Source: Lingula anatina (taxonomy: Eukaryota > Animalia > Brachiopoda). Taken from it: 64,000 bases of DNA. The number at the start of each line of letters is the position of its first letter. Position 1 is the stretch's first letter. This document shows, one piece after another, positions 14,178 through 27,272 of this stretch. Location: NCBI GenBank assembly GCA_051362555.1, contig CM120643.1, forward strand, positions 20,464,848 through 20,528,847, written 5' to 3'. The position numbers were made by a program, and so were the translations under genes. Under the pieces are notes generated by a model. The model did not search any database. It was not told where the DNA came from and saw only the letters and a list, made by a program, of their open reading frames with translations.

Positions 14178-15994
14178 ATCTAAAGGACGAATACTATGAA
14201 AGCGTGCCACATATAGATGAACAATGATTGTGTGCAGTCGGGCAGATAACCAGATAAGCGACTGGGACTTGGGAGATGACAATTAACGCTGTCGCTCAGC
14301 AGCATCAGTAGAGGGAGAGGTGGCAATTAAGGCTGTCACTCATCACCTCAAACTAGGCCAACTCAACTTACTTCCCTTAACCAAGCTGACTTACTCTGAG
14401 CATTGTGGCCTATTGTGTTTACCCTGTAATTATGTTAAATGTGCGATACGTAAGATTAGGGTGGTTTATCCATATCCGTAATGTCATCTTCTCTGCACAA
14501 AACTGTATTTAATTCCACCCAATCTTCCCCAGCATTACTGAAGGTGCTGAAACGTTTATAATCTAAAATGGAAATGTGACAACGCCATACCAAACCGGTG
14601 GGCCTATTTATTTATTTATTTATTTATTGAACGTTAAATACAAGTGAGAAGGCATGTTGAAATATTCTAAAACAGTTAAACTTCTTATCTGATGAACAAT
14701 ATCAAAAATGCTGTCTTTTGTAACAAATTCAATAAAACGAAGCAAAACGTACTATACAAAAAGTAGATACACTCGTGACTAGTGAGAAAATTTCCATTTG
14801 TTTTTACCAAAAAAACTTTTGCAGTTAAATATCGTCAACTTCCAATCCCATGGAAAACATCCAAGATCTTTTTTTTTATAGCAAATGTTATATGCTAGTA
14901 TTGACGTCATTTTTGCTCATGCAGACCTAACTTCTACAGGTGTTCAAATAAGACATACATGTATGTTCACGTCTACATGTCTACCATTTACTATCATTTA
15001 CTATTATTCACCTTCCGCAATGTACGCACGTAACTCCATTAATGTAAATAACTTCTGTACAGGCGTAACTAACACCGAATTTTGCCTGTAAACTTTGGTT
15101 TGTCAACCATACAGTAATGGTTTCTATCAAGCATACAAGACATTTATCACATAGATTCATGCGTGCTCACGGTGAACGCTAGCGTTTCGTGTGATAAGCC
15201 TAGGTCCCAACTACGTTTTGGACGCACGGTTTTTAGGTTCCTTGTGTCCGGCTAAGACGTAGCTAGATCGCAGGGAAGAAATCAAGTAATGGTGAAAAGT
15301 TTCTACCTCCGAAAAGTTGCACGATGGACATGCTCCTCACGCACGAACTCCCACGTTTTCCCATTTTTTTGGCCATAGACCACACGTAGCTGCCCATACG
15401 AACGGTTGTGACTGAGGCTTTTCCTCTTCCTCTACAATTTCCATGGCCTCCGCTACACACAGAATTCGCAGGAGACGTGCCCGGTACCAGGGCAACAGAT
15501 GTTTTTCACGAGATATAAATTCACAGATATGTCTTTAAATAAATAGACAGTCATATCATTCTCTGCCTTTTTCCATTTCCCTATATAATCTGTCACCCTG
15601 GTAGAGGGTACAGGGGACACACGATCCTAAAATTTGTTTGTCCGGAGCCTATAGTTCCCTTACGGGCATTGAGCGGTGAACCTGCAGTGATCGTGACGAT
15701 GATTGAACTTGTTGTTGGTCTTAGTTTTCCCCATTTGGTTTTAGGAGGAATGAAAATTGGGAAGAAGTTAAAAAAACAGCATAGGCCTACTCTACCCCCT
15801 ACCAAGGTTACAGATTTTTCACTAGATATTCATGTATGTGTCTCTGGCTAATACATGGCAGAAAAATGCACGTAATTTATCAACGGTCCTGGTATTTATG
15901 TACGGCCCTGGCCTACTCCCCGAATTTTCATTTCTGTAAGTGTCTATGCACGCGTACGTCTTTCATGAACTTTAGTCACTTTATTACTGACATG

Positions 15995-16219
15995 CATTGG
16001 TGGATTTAGAGGGGGGGTCAGGGGGGTCCTCTCTTGCCACTTGGACATAATAATGAATTCGTTATTATGTCCAAGCTTGCAATTAGAATTTTTGTGTAGC
16101 TGAATCATAGTTTTAAACCGTGACATTCGCCCCCTAAGACACCAAATGACACCAGATCCCATGCCAAGGGGGGGTTGCATCTGCAGACCCCCCTTCAAAT
16201 AATGTTGGATCTGCCCCTG
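15995..16219. mobile_element. Degenerate hAT-like MITE
   Basis: CATTGGTGGATTTAG ... TTGGATCTGCCCCTG imperfect TIRs with G/C-run subterminal motifs. Confidence 0.5.
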
Positions 16220-16269
16220 TTCATGTAATACACTATAGACCTACACTTTATTTATACAGAAGGCCTACA

Positions 16270-16436
16270 TTCAGACTATCGAACCTTCAGACTAATGAAC
16301 CTTCGGACTTATGAACCTTCAGACCAATGCACCTTCGGACTATCGAACCTTCGGACCAATGAACCTTCAATACACATTCGGACCATTGAACCTTCGGACC
16401 AATGAACCTTCGAACTATTGAACCTTCGGACTATCG
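16270..16436 (+). repeat. 16-bp minisatellite (GAACCTTCGGACYAAT)n, about 9-10 copies
   Basis: Directly visible tandem units without unique spacers. Confidence 0.9.
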
Positions 16437-16557
16437 CTAGGGCCCCTAAGAAATCTACCACCCTAGCTTACTCTCTCTCAGTATACCATCAATTCACCTG
16501 TATTTGTTACAAGCACACTTTCTGTTTCTTGGGAGATTCTGCCTCCTTATCACTTAC

Positions 16558-16706
16558 CCTGCATTTGTACAAGAAACTCCGCCTTAATTGTCCTGGCTGA
16601 CTCAGACTCGTTATCACTCTTGGCCGAGCAGAGGGAGTCCACATCATCTATGAAAATAATGCTCGGCTTGTGTTCTCTGGCCATCTCAAATAGATTCTCT
16701 ACTAAT
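16558..16706 (-). CDS. VPS4: VPS4 main copy, exon with Walker B and pore loop 2
   Basis: cag|A TTA GTA ... ATG CAG G|gtaagt; [50 protein letters not shown]; 149 bp, phase matches the previous exon. Confidence 0.93.
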
Positions 16707-16909
16707 CTGAAAGAGATTTCACCAAGACATTTGATATACATAATGAACCATAAGGGAGTGAATTTCAAGGAAATGATGTTAAAGGATTCTACTCCATCAC
16801 AATGCTGGATTTTGTCTAACAATCTGTTGTAAAATTTTACACACATCATTTATGCAGACTTTTTCTTAAGAATGCAAATATAGAAAATATATAGAAATTA
16901 ACCATCTTA

Positions 16910-17080
<171 letters not shown>

Positions 17081-17252
17081 TTACCTTATTATTTTCTCAC
17101 TAAGTTCCCAGTCAAGGCCTTATTTCTTGCACCTTTTTTTGTGACCAATGCCTATACTCAAACTATCCACAAGCCTTACTTAAAATTTAACTAATGTCTA
17201 AAATTATTGGTAATAAAAACTGAGACTTAAGATTACAGACAACCTGACTCAC

Positions 17253-17290
17253 CCCATACAATAATATACCCCTCTGTGGCTGTCTTTTTC
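17253..17290 (-). CDS. VPS4: VPS4 main copy, 38-bp exon
   Basis: cag|(G)KRQPQRGILLYG|gtgagt; phase fits both neighbours. Confidence 0.9.
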
Positions 17291-17590
17291 CTGATATAAA
17301 ATATTCAAAAACATGACTAATTGTGGATCATTATGATTCACTGTAAACAATCAATTACTATAACATATATTATTATTTTGTTATTTCCCAACAACTAAAA
17401 ACATTCTATGCAATAAGAAATCTTTTAGCATTTTGGAAATAAATAATAAGTTAAAAGCTCAAACAGTATTTCATCTTTATTTCAGTCATTTAGTATACAG
17501 AGGTGTTACAGTAATGCTGTTGTACTTTCTTTCCACTGATAAAGAAAACTTGTCCAAAATCACTTAAAATTATATCTTTAAATCTCTTAC

Positions 17591-17787
17591 CTGTGAAAAG
17601 ATGGGGAAACTTAATAGGCAGAATGACTGCCTCTTTCAAAGCCTCTTTGGCTCCATCCAAACCTGCTACATCGTCCCATTTAATGTTAGGCTTTTCCATC
17701 ACAATGGTCCCTTCCAGCTGTGTTTGAAACTTTTTCTTTTCATCATTTCCTTCTGAATTACTGTCACTGCTGTCACTGTCTTCTTTC
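17591..17787 (-). CDS. VPS4: VPS4 main copy, linker / start of AAA domain exon
   Basis: cag|[65 protein letters not shown]|gtaag; 197 bp. Confidence 0.95.
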
Positions 17788-17834
17788 CTGCAGCAAAGCA
17801 TTGGTTTTAATGCACAACACAAATATTTTAAATT

Positions 17835-18461
17835 TGCAAAGTTCAATTCATGATAAAAAGTAGGTCAAAGGTCAATTTCAAGGTCACATTTAGATTGCCA
17901 GTATATGACTTCCTATTCAAGTTCAATAGTAACTATGGACCTGTCTCTGCCAGTTTTGGAGATATAAGGGACTAAATGTTATAATTTTGGAGTTACAATA
18001 ATTTGCCATAAATTTCCTACAGAAAAAATTAATTAAAATAAAGAAAAGGTCATTTTGGTTGAAATTCTTGAAATGGGAGGTGCTCAGAAGTTTTAGATGT
18101 TCAAATTTCATGAAATAATGTCATTTTTGACCAGAAGTTGTCTGCCTCGCCAAGCCTTATGTTTTATTTTCCCGGGGTTCAAAATTTACTATCCATTACC
18201 GTACTGCACATTTTGCTTTCACCACCAATATATGTGTATGTACAGGTACTTTTTGATACAGCGTAACTCGAAAACCGTATGGAATACAAAAATACGGAGA
18301 CCACCTTCAGTGTTGGGCTTTACATGCTCTACAATATACAAAAAAGAATGGGTCTCTAGCATTAACGGTTCCCGAATTAGACACAGTTTTCAATTTCGGT
18401 ATCTTATGGCCGCTTCTCCCGAGAAAATGCACAAATTGACCCCAAATTCACGAATTCATGA
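17835..18461 (+). mobile_element. Fragments of HINE family 2 interrupted by an M1-family fragment
   Basis: 17835-17980 matches one 146-bp unit; 18230-18460 matches 13460-13680; about 18003-18145 matches 7480-7620 in reverse. Confidence 0.65.
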
Positions 18462-19206
18462 AAGGTGGTTAAATCACTTTTACTGCCCAAACTGACCCAC
18501 CTTTTTATGTCTTTACCAAAACCTGATCAAGAGACTATTACTGAGTTGGAGAACATATTTTCTGCTTTCATAACAACAACAACAACAACAACATGGAACA
18601 ATAAAAGGAGTAGGCCTCTAAAAAATAAATGGTCCAACCCAAAGAACTGGGGGGATGTCAAATGACAGACATAACAACATTTATTAAAGGTTTAAATTAA
18701 CTTGGACAAGGCGCATACTAAACAATAAAGAAAAAACATTAAAATGGATAAACCTTTTAGATACTCAAAGTTTTCAACCGAAAATCTGATGAAATTTGGG
18801 GATAATTATTGGGAAGAGTGTGTAGGTAATATGACCAATGATTTTTGAAAAGAAGTAGTGAAATATTTGGTAGAATTCCTTAGATCTCTGAATACTACTG
18901 ACAATCATAGTGACAATCTAAGACAATCACTCTGGAAAAATTCTAATATCGAAATAGATTGAAAAGAAATATTTTACAAAAGTTGGTATATGAAAGGGGT
19001 CAGAATTATGGCTGATCTATTTGAAGAAAATGGCAATATGTACTCCTTTGAAAATTTCTCTGCACAGTATAATATCATGAGTCCATTCACACAGTTTTGG
19101 GGAATAAAATGTGCTATCTAGAAAAAATGGCCTGAAAATATAATGTCAAAAGTTATGCTTATTAGACCATATAGACCAAAGTAAATAGAAGTAATGCTAA
19201 AAGATA
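18462..19206 (+). pseudogene. L1/Tx1-like LINE ORF2 C-terminal fragment, part 1 (5'-truncated, decayed)
   Basis: VKSLLLPKLTHLFMSLPKP...GG..MTDITTFIKGL..TWTRRIL...SLWKNSNI...FYKSWYMKGV; stops and frameshifts; continues at 37775. Confidence 0.75.
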
Positions 19207-20453
19207 AACAAGGCAGCAAAGCTGTCAAATGTACAGACAAAAAGTAGAAAATAACAATGCACAAAATATGCTACTGTCAATGCTGATGCAAAAGTATATT
19301 ATGCTTAACTGCAAATTCAACATCAAATTTTAATAAAGCTCAACAGGTATTACCTATGTAAGTAAAATGTGTAACAACCATAAGGCTTCAGGCCCATGAG
19401 AGTTCAAGTGCACACTTTGAAAATGCCAGAATGAGAAAAATGAAAATTTATGAAATTGCATTAAATGCAATAATAAATGATAATTTCTAATTTGAGCTGC
19501 ATATCAAGCCTAAAATTATTCTTGTAAGTTTAAAATAATAAGTAAGTTTTCTTTTCATAACGATTGCAGTAGCAGTGCACAGAGAAGATTTGTGTCAATT
19601 CTGATGTAAAATTACATAATAAATTACAGAATAATTATGAGCAATTTTAATTATTGACTTTAAATAACATGGACATGTAGAAAATTTGATTACCATTCAG
19701 CTTTATGCCCATGGGAGTTCTGAGTTCCACACTGAATATGCCAATACGATAAAAAAGAATGTTTCACTAAAATGTACAAGTTGCCGTAAAAGAAGTCAAT
19801 TAGCCTGCTTTTCCAACTCAGGCTGCATTTAAGTCCTGTGTTTCTTTTTTGTAAGTTTGACAATCATAAGTAACATTGTTATTTATAAGGGAAATGATGG
19901 CAGCAGCGCCCAAAATTGGGTTTTCTTCAATTTAGATGCAATATTACATAATTCTTAACAGCATAATAACTATCAATTTATCATTATAAAATTTTAGTGG
20001 CATGGATATTCAGCAAATGTGACTGGCAAAGGTCTTCAAAGGAATGTTCAATGGAGGTTCAAAGGCACATCTTGAAAGTGGCAGCATGTAAAAAATTGTA
20101 TGTTCATAAAAAACTGTTTAACTTACAGGGCCCGGTTGCATCAACAGGGAATAAATTTACTCGGCGTCCCTGCACCAGGTTTACTCTCCCTGCTTATGCC
20201 CGTTGCACCAAGACAAAAACTGATCGTCATAACTACGCCCGAGTAACGCTCCGTTGCATCACTGGCCAACAATACGTGAATGGTATAACTGGGCAAATGA
20301 GGAGTTCTCAGCAGCAGCCATAATGGAATGATGACATCAATAAACACAAAAGGAGCATTTCAGTGACAGAGAAATTCATAAGCTACATTATTCCATTTTG
20401 ATTTAGAAATAAGAACGTTAAAATATGTTAACTTTGCTGATGCCTTGGATATA

Positions 20454-23400
20454 CTGTATAGCTAAAAAAAAACACGACTATTGGTACGCGTATGATCGAT
20501 AACTGATTTAATTCTCGTAAGATTACCATCCGCCCCCTTCCTTATGAATAGGTATTACTTTATTAATACAATGCAACCGTCGTGTAGCCGCATGTTAGAA
20601 GACAATGTTTGATTACGCACAGCAGTAGGAGGCCGCTACCCCTTCCCAGCAAGGAGTCAACACAGCAGCGCGTAACCCGGGGTTAATTAGGGGTTATTAG
20701 CTGTCCACTTATGATCGGTATTGTTCGTCTTGATTGCAGCACACTTCCTACTCACTATTGGTTCGACCGCCTCTTCTTTAAATGCTCTCTCAAACCTTTC
20801 CTCAGTCAGCCGAGAATGGAAACACGTTTATCTGCCGATAAACTACGTCGTTGATGTATTATTCGGCATCATTCTACAGTGGGTCATATGGCTCTATCTA
20901 TCATTTTTTTCGTCTCGCATTTTACCAGATTAAACTGACGCTCGAAAACTAAATTTAATGAATAATTTTCTCACGTGCACCGTATCCAGCTAATTTTACG
21001 ACAATAACTACCACGGCACCTCCGCCATTTGCAATTGTAGACGAACCACGTGTTTCCAACTGATAGGCCAATACAACTATACCAGACCCATTGTACGAGA
21101 AAAGACCGTTTATATTTAATGAATTAAAAAACATTTGAGGATTGCGATTTTCTATTGATATACTATCGATGGTATCCCTGTATAAAATCATCCACTGCTA
21201 CCCCCTCTTTTGTAGTGTAGCATGACTCGTATCACAAGATGGCCTTAGAAATGAAGTAAGACAGGCCTACACTCTGATAGTTTTTAGTCTATTATTAACC
21301 CTAGTGTCGTTGCTTGTCATTCATTCTAGAACTCTCTGAGCCATCGCAAAATTATTTGCCAGGACATTTAAAGGCTACTTCTTAACGGATTTTTTTAAAT
21401 TTGCACTGAGTCCAAAATGTTCGAGGACGTCTCTGTCGTTATCGCCGTTTCTCGGACGCAGTCCCAGACAAAGGATTGGAAAGTTTCTGAATAAAAGAAC
21501 TTATAAATGCTGCCACTAGCCATCCTTATTGTTCCTAAGTAAAGAGAGGCGATAATGATCTTTTCTTTCTTCTAGCTTAGTCTGTCGACTAAAATGAACA
21601 AGGTTAGGCCTACAATGCAACCACCTATTATTACGACCATTAATGAGGTTCTTTGCTACACTCCCTTTCTTCATGATCGCGAAACCAGTGGGGTGCTGTG
21701 TTTTAAATATATAAAAAAGGGTCTCGTGAGGTGAAGCTATAATAATGAAATAAAAAAATCCAATGAATAGGCCTATCTAATAAACCATGAAGCACGTAGT
21801 CTAGGCCTCTTCTTTGACCGACATCACATTTTTACATTCTTTGTTTTAATAAGAGGACGAACGTGGTCTTATTTGTCTTTTGGTGGTGTGTGATTTTGCT
21901 CGAAGTAGCGGAGTCAAGTAAATCGGTGATTTACCGTTGGTAAGAGTAGCGATCATCGCTCCTGCATCCTCATAGATTACTTTCTAATCACCCGTAATTA
22001 ACGCAGTCAGGAATAAGCGCTCAAATAGGGTTTTTTGTATCAGGGAAAATTTTAGTATTAATCTTATGTTATTATGTATCTGTATTATGTAATCATGTAA
22101 CTCATTTTCCCAAGGCAACCACCAATTATGACGACCATTAATGAAGTTCTCTGCTACACTCTCTCCTCATGATCACTTGCTCGATCGTGAAACCCTGGAG
22201 GTGTTGTATATACATTTAGGGTAGTTTACTATAGCATGCTACACTCTCCTCATGATCAGCTGCTCGATCGTGAAATCTGGAGTGAAACCCATGGTTTATC
22301 TAACAATGGTTTAAATAAATAAAAAGGGTGTCACGGAGGTGAAGCTGCTTAACTCATAAGAATAACGAACGAAAAAATACGATGAACATTTAATAAACCA
22401 CGAAGCACGTATGTTTTGACCGTTATCGCCTTTTTTACATAAGATGTCTCAACAAGAAGGCAGATGTAGTCCAATTTGTCTTTTGTTGGTGATTCTGCTT
22501 CAGGTGGCTGAGATTAGTTGATCGGTGATGCACCGTTGGTAAGAGTAGCAATCATCACTCCTTCGTTCTAACGGATTACTTTCCAACCCCCCATAATTAA
22601 CGCAGCCAGGAATAGGCGCTGAAATAGGGGGTATTAAATCAGGAATTAATTTTTGTAATTATGTATCCGTAAAATAAGAATCGTAACATTATCACGTATT
22701 TTTCCTGATGGAAAATATCATAATTTATGCACACTGATCGAATTATAAAGAAAATCTCCAGATGTAAACAAAGGTCAGTCAAGTATCACTCATCCCAGGC
22801 TGCAGGGCAGATATAGAGAATTGAATGAAGCGCCAGTGATCTGGCAACCCTACAAATTTGTCATAATGATTCATGGGCAAACAATAGAAGCATGATATTA
22901 ACACCTTTTACAGTGTGAATGACGACACCTTATGAGGCTTTTGTTTCTTCCCCTGGGTTGGTATTACAAAGTAAGTATGTTGACGTAAGTGTGTTGACTT
23001 TTGCATGTTCAAAGGAACAATGGAAATGTCATTTCAAAACAAAGAGCCACATTTCCCTACTTAGGTGGCCAAAATATTGTCAATGAAACGCAAAAAAGAC
23101 AAAATCACCAGCTGTTACTGACTGAGTCTAACTCAAATGCAAAAAGGTACGCACAGCGACAAAGCGCTATTGTAAACAATGACCCGACGATGAGATCAAT
23201 AAGATGTATAAAATGACTATTTGTACTATAAAACTGTACCCCTGCCCCTACTTGTATATTATTACACACACAAGGCCACCCTATACCAGAGTTACAGATT
23301 GATTTTTCATTACACAGTCTCTTGCACTGAAGAAAAATACTCATAATTAATTTGCGGCCCTAGTAGAGGGTCTTCTCTCGCTTTCTCTCAAATCAAAATA

Positions 23401-24583
23401 AACCAGCAAACATGAAAATTGGCAAAATGTATTAGAATGTAAAGTGTTGCGAACCCTTTAAACAAGGTGAATGGTAATATGCACGTTTAGACAAATTTTA
23501 ATTTTAATTTCAATTAAATTTAATTTTAATTAAAATTGATATTACCAAAATTAGTAAATGTCGTTTGCGTCATGTATCAATATTTTTGCGCATAATAGTA
23601 CCTACGTTATAAACATTCAGCAAAGATATTTGGAAGGCCGCTCTTTTGTTGTTTATATCAAAGGAAAACTATTTGATACCCATCGTATCAATCATTATAC
23701 CATGATAAGAGATTAGCATACTAATTTATGTCCCCAGTAATAATAACTTTAACAATAACAACAAACCTTCCTACTGTGCTTTCCGTTGCAAACACAATTA
23801 GCCACGACTGTTTTATATATTAATAGATATTTATAATAATGACAATTTCAAAATCTTCAAAAGTACCGACAGGGACACGAACTCCCGTCGGGTAGGTTGC
23901 AGACGACTCAACGACGTTAACCGTTGTTCCACCAATTCTATTGTTCACGCATATCGATATCGACAGCTCTGTATATCCGCGCATGCCGAAGCTTTGCGGA
24001 AATTGCCGAAGGCTAGGAAAATACTTCAAAATATACTTTTATTACATTTAATCATCTCCCACTGCCCTGAGGTATGGATAAAGGCTTTCAGTTGTCATCA
24101 GACTTTGTAATTTGGGAGAAAAAAGTGAAACAGTAACTTCTGGTGATGAATAATAGGTAATAGTGCTGCAAGGTGTTGTTTTTTATCCCTGATGTACGAG
24201 TAGCTTTTTCTACAGTTTCTATAATTCTCTTAACGTATGAAATAATGCAGGTTTTCTGATATAATAAGACTTTGATAAAATCAAAACCTATAATACTTTT
24301 AAAGTCGAGAGTCGGGATAAATATCGGCAAGGTGGAGATATGTCCCGCCGGCGCTTCCGCAACAGCAAGACTGAAGGACGCAAGTTACAAAGCAAAACAT
24401 GTTTAGTCAAGTTATAGACTTAATTACCGGTTTAACTTCGGCGGCAGTGCCTACTGCTGTGAGCAACATGCGTTGTCCATCGTAATCCCCCTATCATTAA
24501 CACTGTCGGGGACGTGCGCATTAGCGCGTCTGATGTAGACAGCGTGTGCTATTAAAGTGACCGGGGACTTATTAGCTATAGTG
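20454..24583 (-). mobile_element. 4.1-kb non-coding TA-inserting element, copy A
   Basis: TA|CTGTATAGCTAAA ... TTAGCTATAGTG|TA; reverse complement of copies B and C along its whole length. Confidence 0.9.
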
Positions 24584-26601
24584 TATATAGCAATAAAATC
24601 ATAAATATATTCCGAATCAAAATATTATTATAGTATGCTATTATAGTATGCTGTTGTAAATGAGAAAAACGCGTTGGAGGCAGTACGTATTTCTGTTAAT
24701 GGATTTGAACACCTTCACACTTGTTATTGAAACTTTTGAGTCTGAAAATAATGCAAAATTGCTTTTCTTTTTATAATTTTACAACAGTGTCGGCAATTTC
24801 ATGACCTTCTTATCTATGGTTACACTGTGAGGTATCATTTAATTCAATCGAGCTTACATCTTGGAGATTAAGAAATACAAGAGACCTAATACATATTATA
24901 TGAGCCTTAAAATGTTGATATTTTAAGCTTTTGTCTCTATGTTTATATATAGTAAAATATGAATGATATAAAATGTGAAGAAAAATTGACTATGGTTAGT
25001 TATGGTTTGTCAAAAACTTTGAAAAGAAACAAAGAAACCGTACTGCTGAGAGCCAAGACGTACCTACATGAGTGGTAAGATTTAATTTGAACATACGTGC
25101 ATATACACGTACATGGCTATACATATAATGTATTTAGTAATCACTTATATATATATATATATATCAGTCATTCTTTGCTAGTGGTGCACTGCGGGGGGGG
25201 GGGGGGGGGGGGGGGGGCATAACAAGAATGTAATTTAAATTTAGATAGCCAACCAAATTTTCATGACATCATTGTGTAAGTTTCAATAACAAATCGAAGA
25301 AGCTGCATGAGCAAGGACGATGCTGTTATAAAAGCAAAATAAGAGAAAAAGCAGAAAATATATCAAAATTACCTTCAAAATGGCATCCTTTATTGTGGAA
25401 TTTCGACCCTACCTCTATTTAGGAACAGTTTGTTTAGGGTTTGAATGGATTATTGAAGCAGCAAATACACCTACTGCAAGAAGATATAATAAACAGAATG
25501 TGCAAATAGTTATTTAAATAAAAATTTATTTGAAGTCACTGAAAAATGATCACAAAATTAGCGTATCTTACGTCACATGCGGTGTCCCACCCCAATGAAA
25601 ATTTCATCTAATCCTATCTTTCCGTATTAAAACTCTTCAATCGTACAAAGTAGTCTGTCGGTTAGTTTGTGTCACGAAGTCCATGATGATATCAGTTTTC
25701 TTAAGAATTTCACATTTCTTTCTCAACAAGGTCGATTTTTCTACACCGCGTCCCAATGTAACGTTCGTTACGCTGAAACTTCGGAGATCGATTTTTATCA
25801 GACGACTTTAAAATGCCGCGTGAAAATTATACATCGATAGCGATCTTCTTCCATACTCACTAACTGATGTCTCACACACGAATGGCTTCTTTTGCACACT
25901 AAAAAAACCAGCTCAAACTGGCGGGTGTCACATTCTGATAACGTGTGATGCAGTGACGCTTTCGTGATCGGATGCAGGGCACAGGTGTAATTCCCTCGAT
26001 TTAAGGGACGGATGTACCCAAATATAGGTAAAAATTGTCATTTTTGGTTTTTTATGTCTAATTATTGGTTAAATGTGTATCTAACGTTTAACAGAATAAA
26101 ATTTTTACATTTTGAACAAAAAATATATTTTTTTCTGAGGATTCTGATGCTGCACACATCGGCATCGGTGGCCTGGTCTATGCCCCGCCTTCGTTGTCAA
26201 GGGCCGTTGGCATGGGTAAACTCGGTGGGCGGACCTCAGCAGCATCAGCCCGACTCGAGAAACAATAGAACAGGGTTGCGTCATACCCCCTTTGTCATAA
26301 ACAGCGATCGGCAAAGCAGTGCCTATTGTTCAGCTTAAGCTGTTTTGATAGTCGCTCTTGATTGTGATCAGCGCTAAGATGAATCTTTTCCGATACATTG
26401 GATTTGCTCGAAATACGCGTTCTCCTTTGAATTGCTTGTTGTTACACGCGCTCTTTCAGTTTTCTTGTTAACTTTTTGAGATACGCAAAAAAAAAAAAAA
26501 AAAATGAAAATCCCGTTGCTTGCTACCTGTGAAAGCATCCGTCATACTATCCATCCATTTTCGACAACAGCTCGATGCAGTCGTTAGATTTTAAAAATCT
26601 A

Positions 26602-27180
26602 CATGGGCGTAACTAGGCATACGAACGGATGCTGTGAGTACAATTTTTTTGCCAACCATGATATTATTTTATATAAATTTAGTGTATTTTTCACGGAATA
26701 TAAAAGAAAATCCTCTGCTTATAAAAGTCACCTGTATGTACAAATTCTCTGTATCAATTGTATAGGCACAATTGTTCTGACCCCCCCCTCCCCCCCGTCT
26801 TGCAAACTGAGGTATACAATGTCTGTAACCTTAATCGTCCATCTAACTGGAACTTCCTTTACCTCTTAATTGGAGGGTTCAGTGGCCCTAAACTCTTATG
26901 TACCTTCTTTCTTGAGAATATCGAACGCATTCTTGCTGGCGATATTTATCTCAGGCAAAAATCTGCCTGAGTGTTATTTTCAAAGAGCAGCTCCCGCAAC
27001 CCTGGGGGCACTAGATAAAATCTGGACGCCAGGTTTAAGAAGGAGCTAGAGAAACAAAGGAAGAATTTTTCCTTCAAAGCTTCAAAGAATTTTGACACGG
27101 ACTTAACCCAGCTAACCCCTCCAAACTAACAGGGTGACATGGGGAATTTTTACAAACAAATAATTAAACTTAGATGTATC
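26602..27180 (+). mobile_element. hAT-like element fragment, homolog of 5772-6338
   Basis: Extensive reverse-complement similarity, e.g. GGGGGCACTAGATAAA, TTTTGACACGGACTT, CCCTCCAAACTAAC. Confidence 0.6.
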
Positions 27181-27272
27181 AGAGCCACAGGACTGTTTAT
27201 AGGGATCTTCTTTGTATGAAGGTGAGAAATACTGAGTTTCGTTTCATTTTTCTTCAATTGTTTCCACATATA

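Noticed and set aside
16270-16436. Short regularly spaced repeats resembling a CRISPR array
   Set aside because: The units are contiguous 16-mers with no unique spacers, there are no cas genes, and the context is eukaryotic; this is a minisatellite
20721-24330. Small ORFs repeated three times in the ORF track (MFVLIAAH..., MHVQRNNG..., MKYFPSLR...)
   Set aside because: They recur only because the 4.1-kb element is recently duplicated; lengths and frames vary between copies and no domain is recognisable
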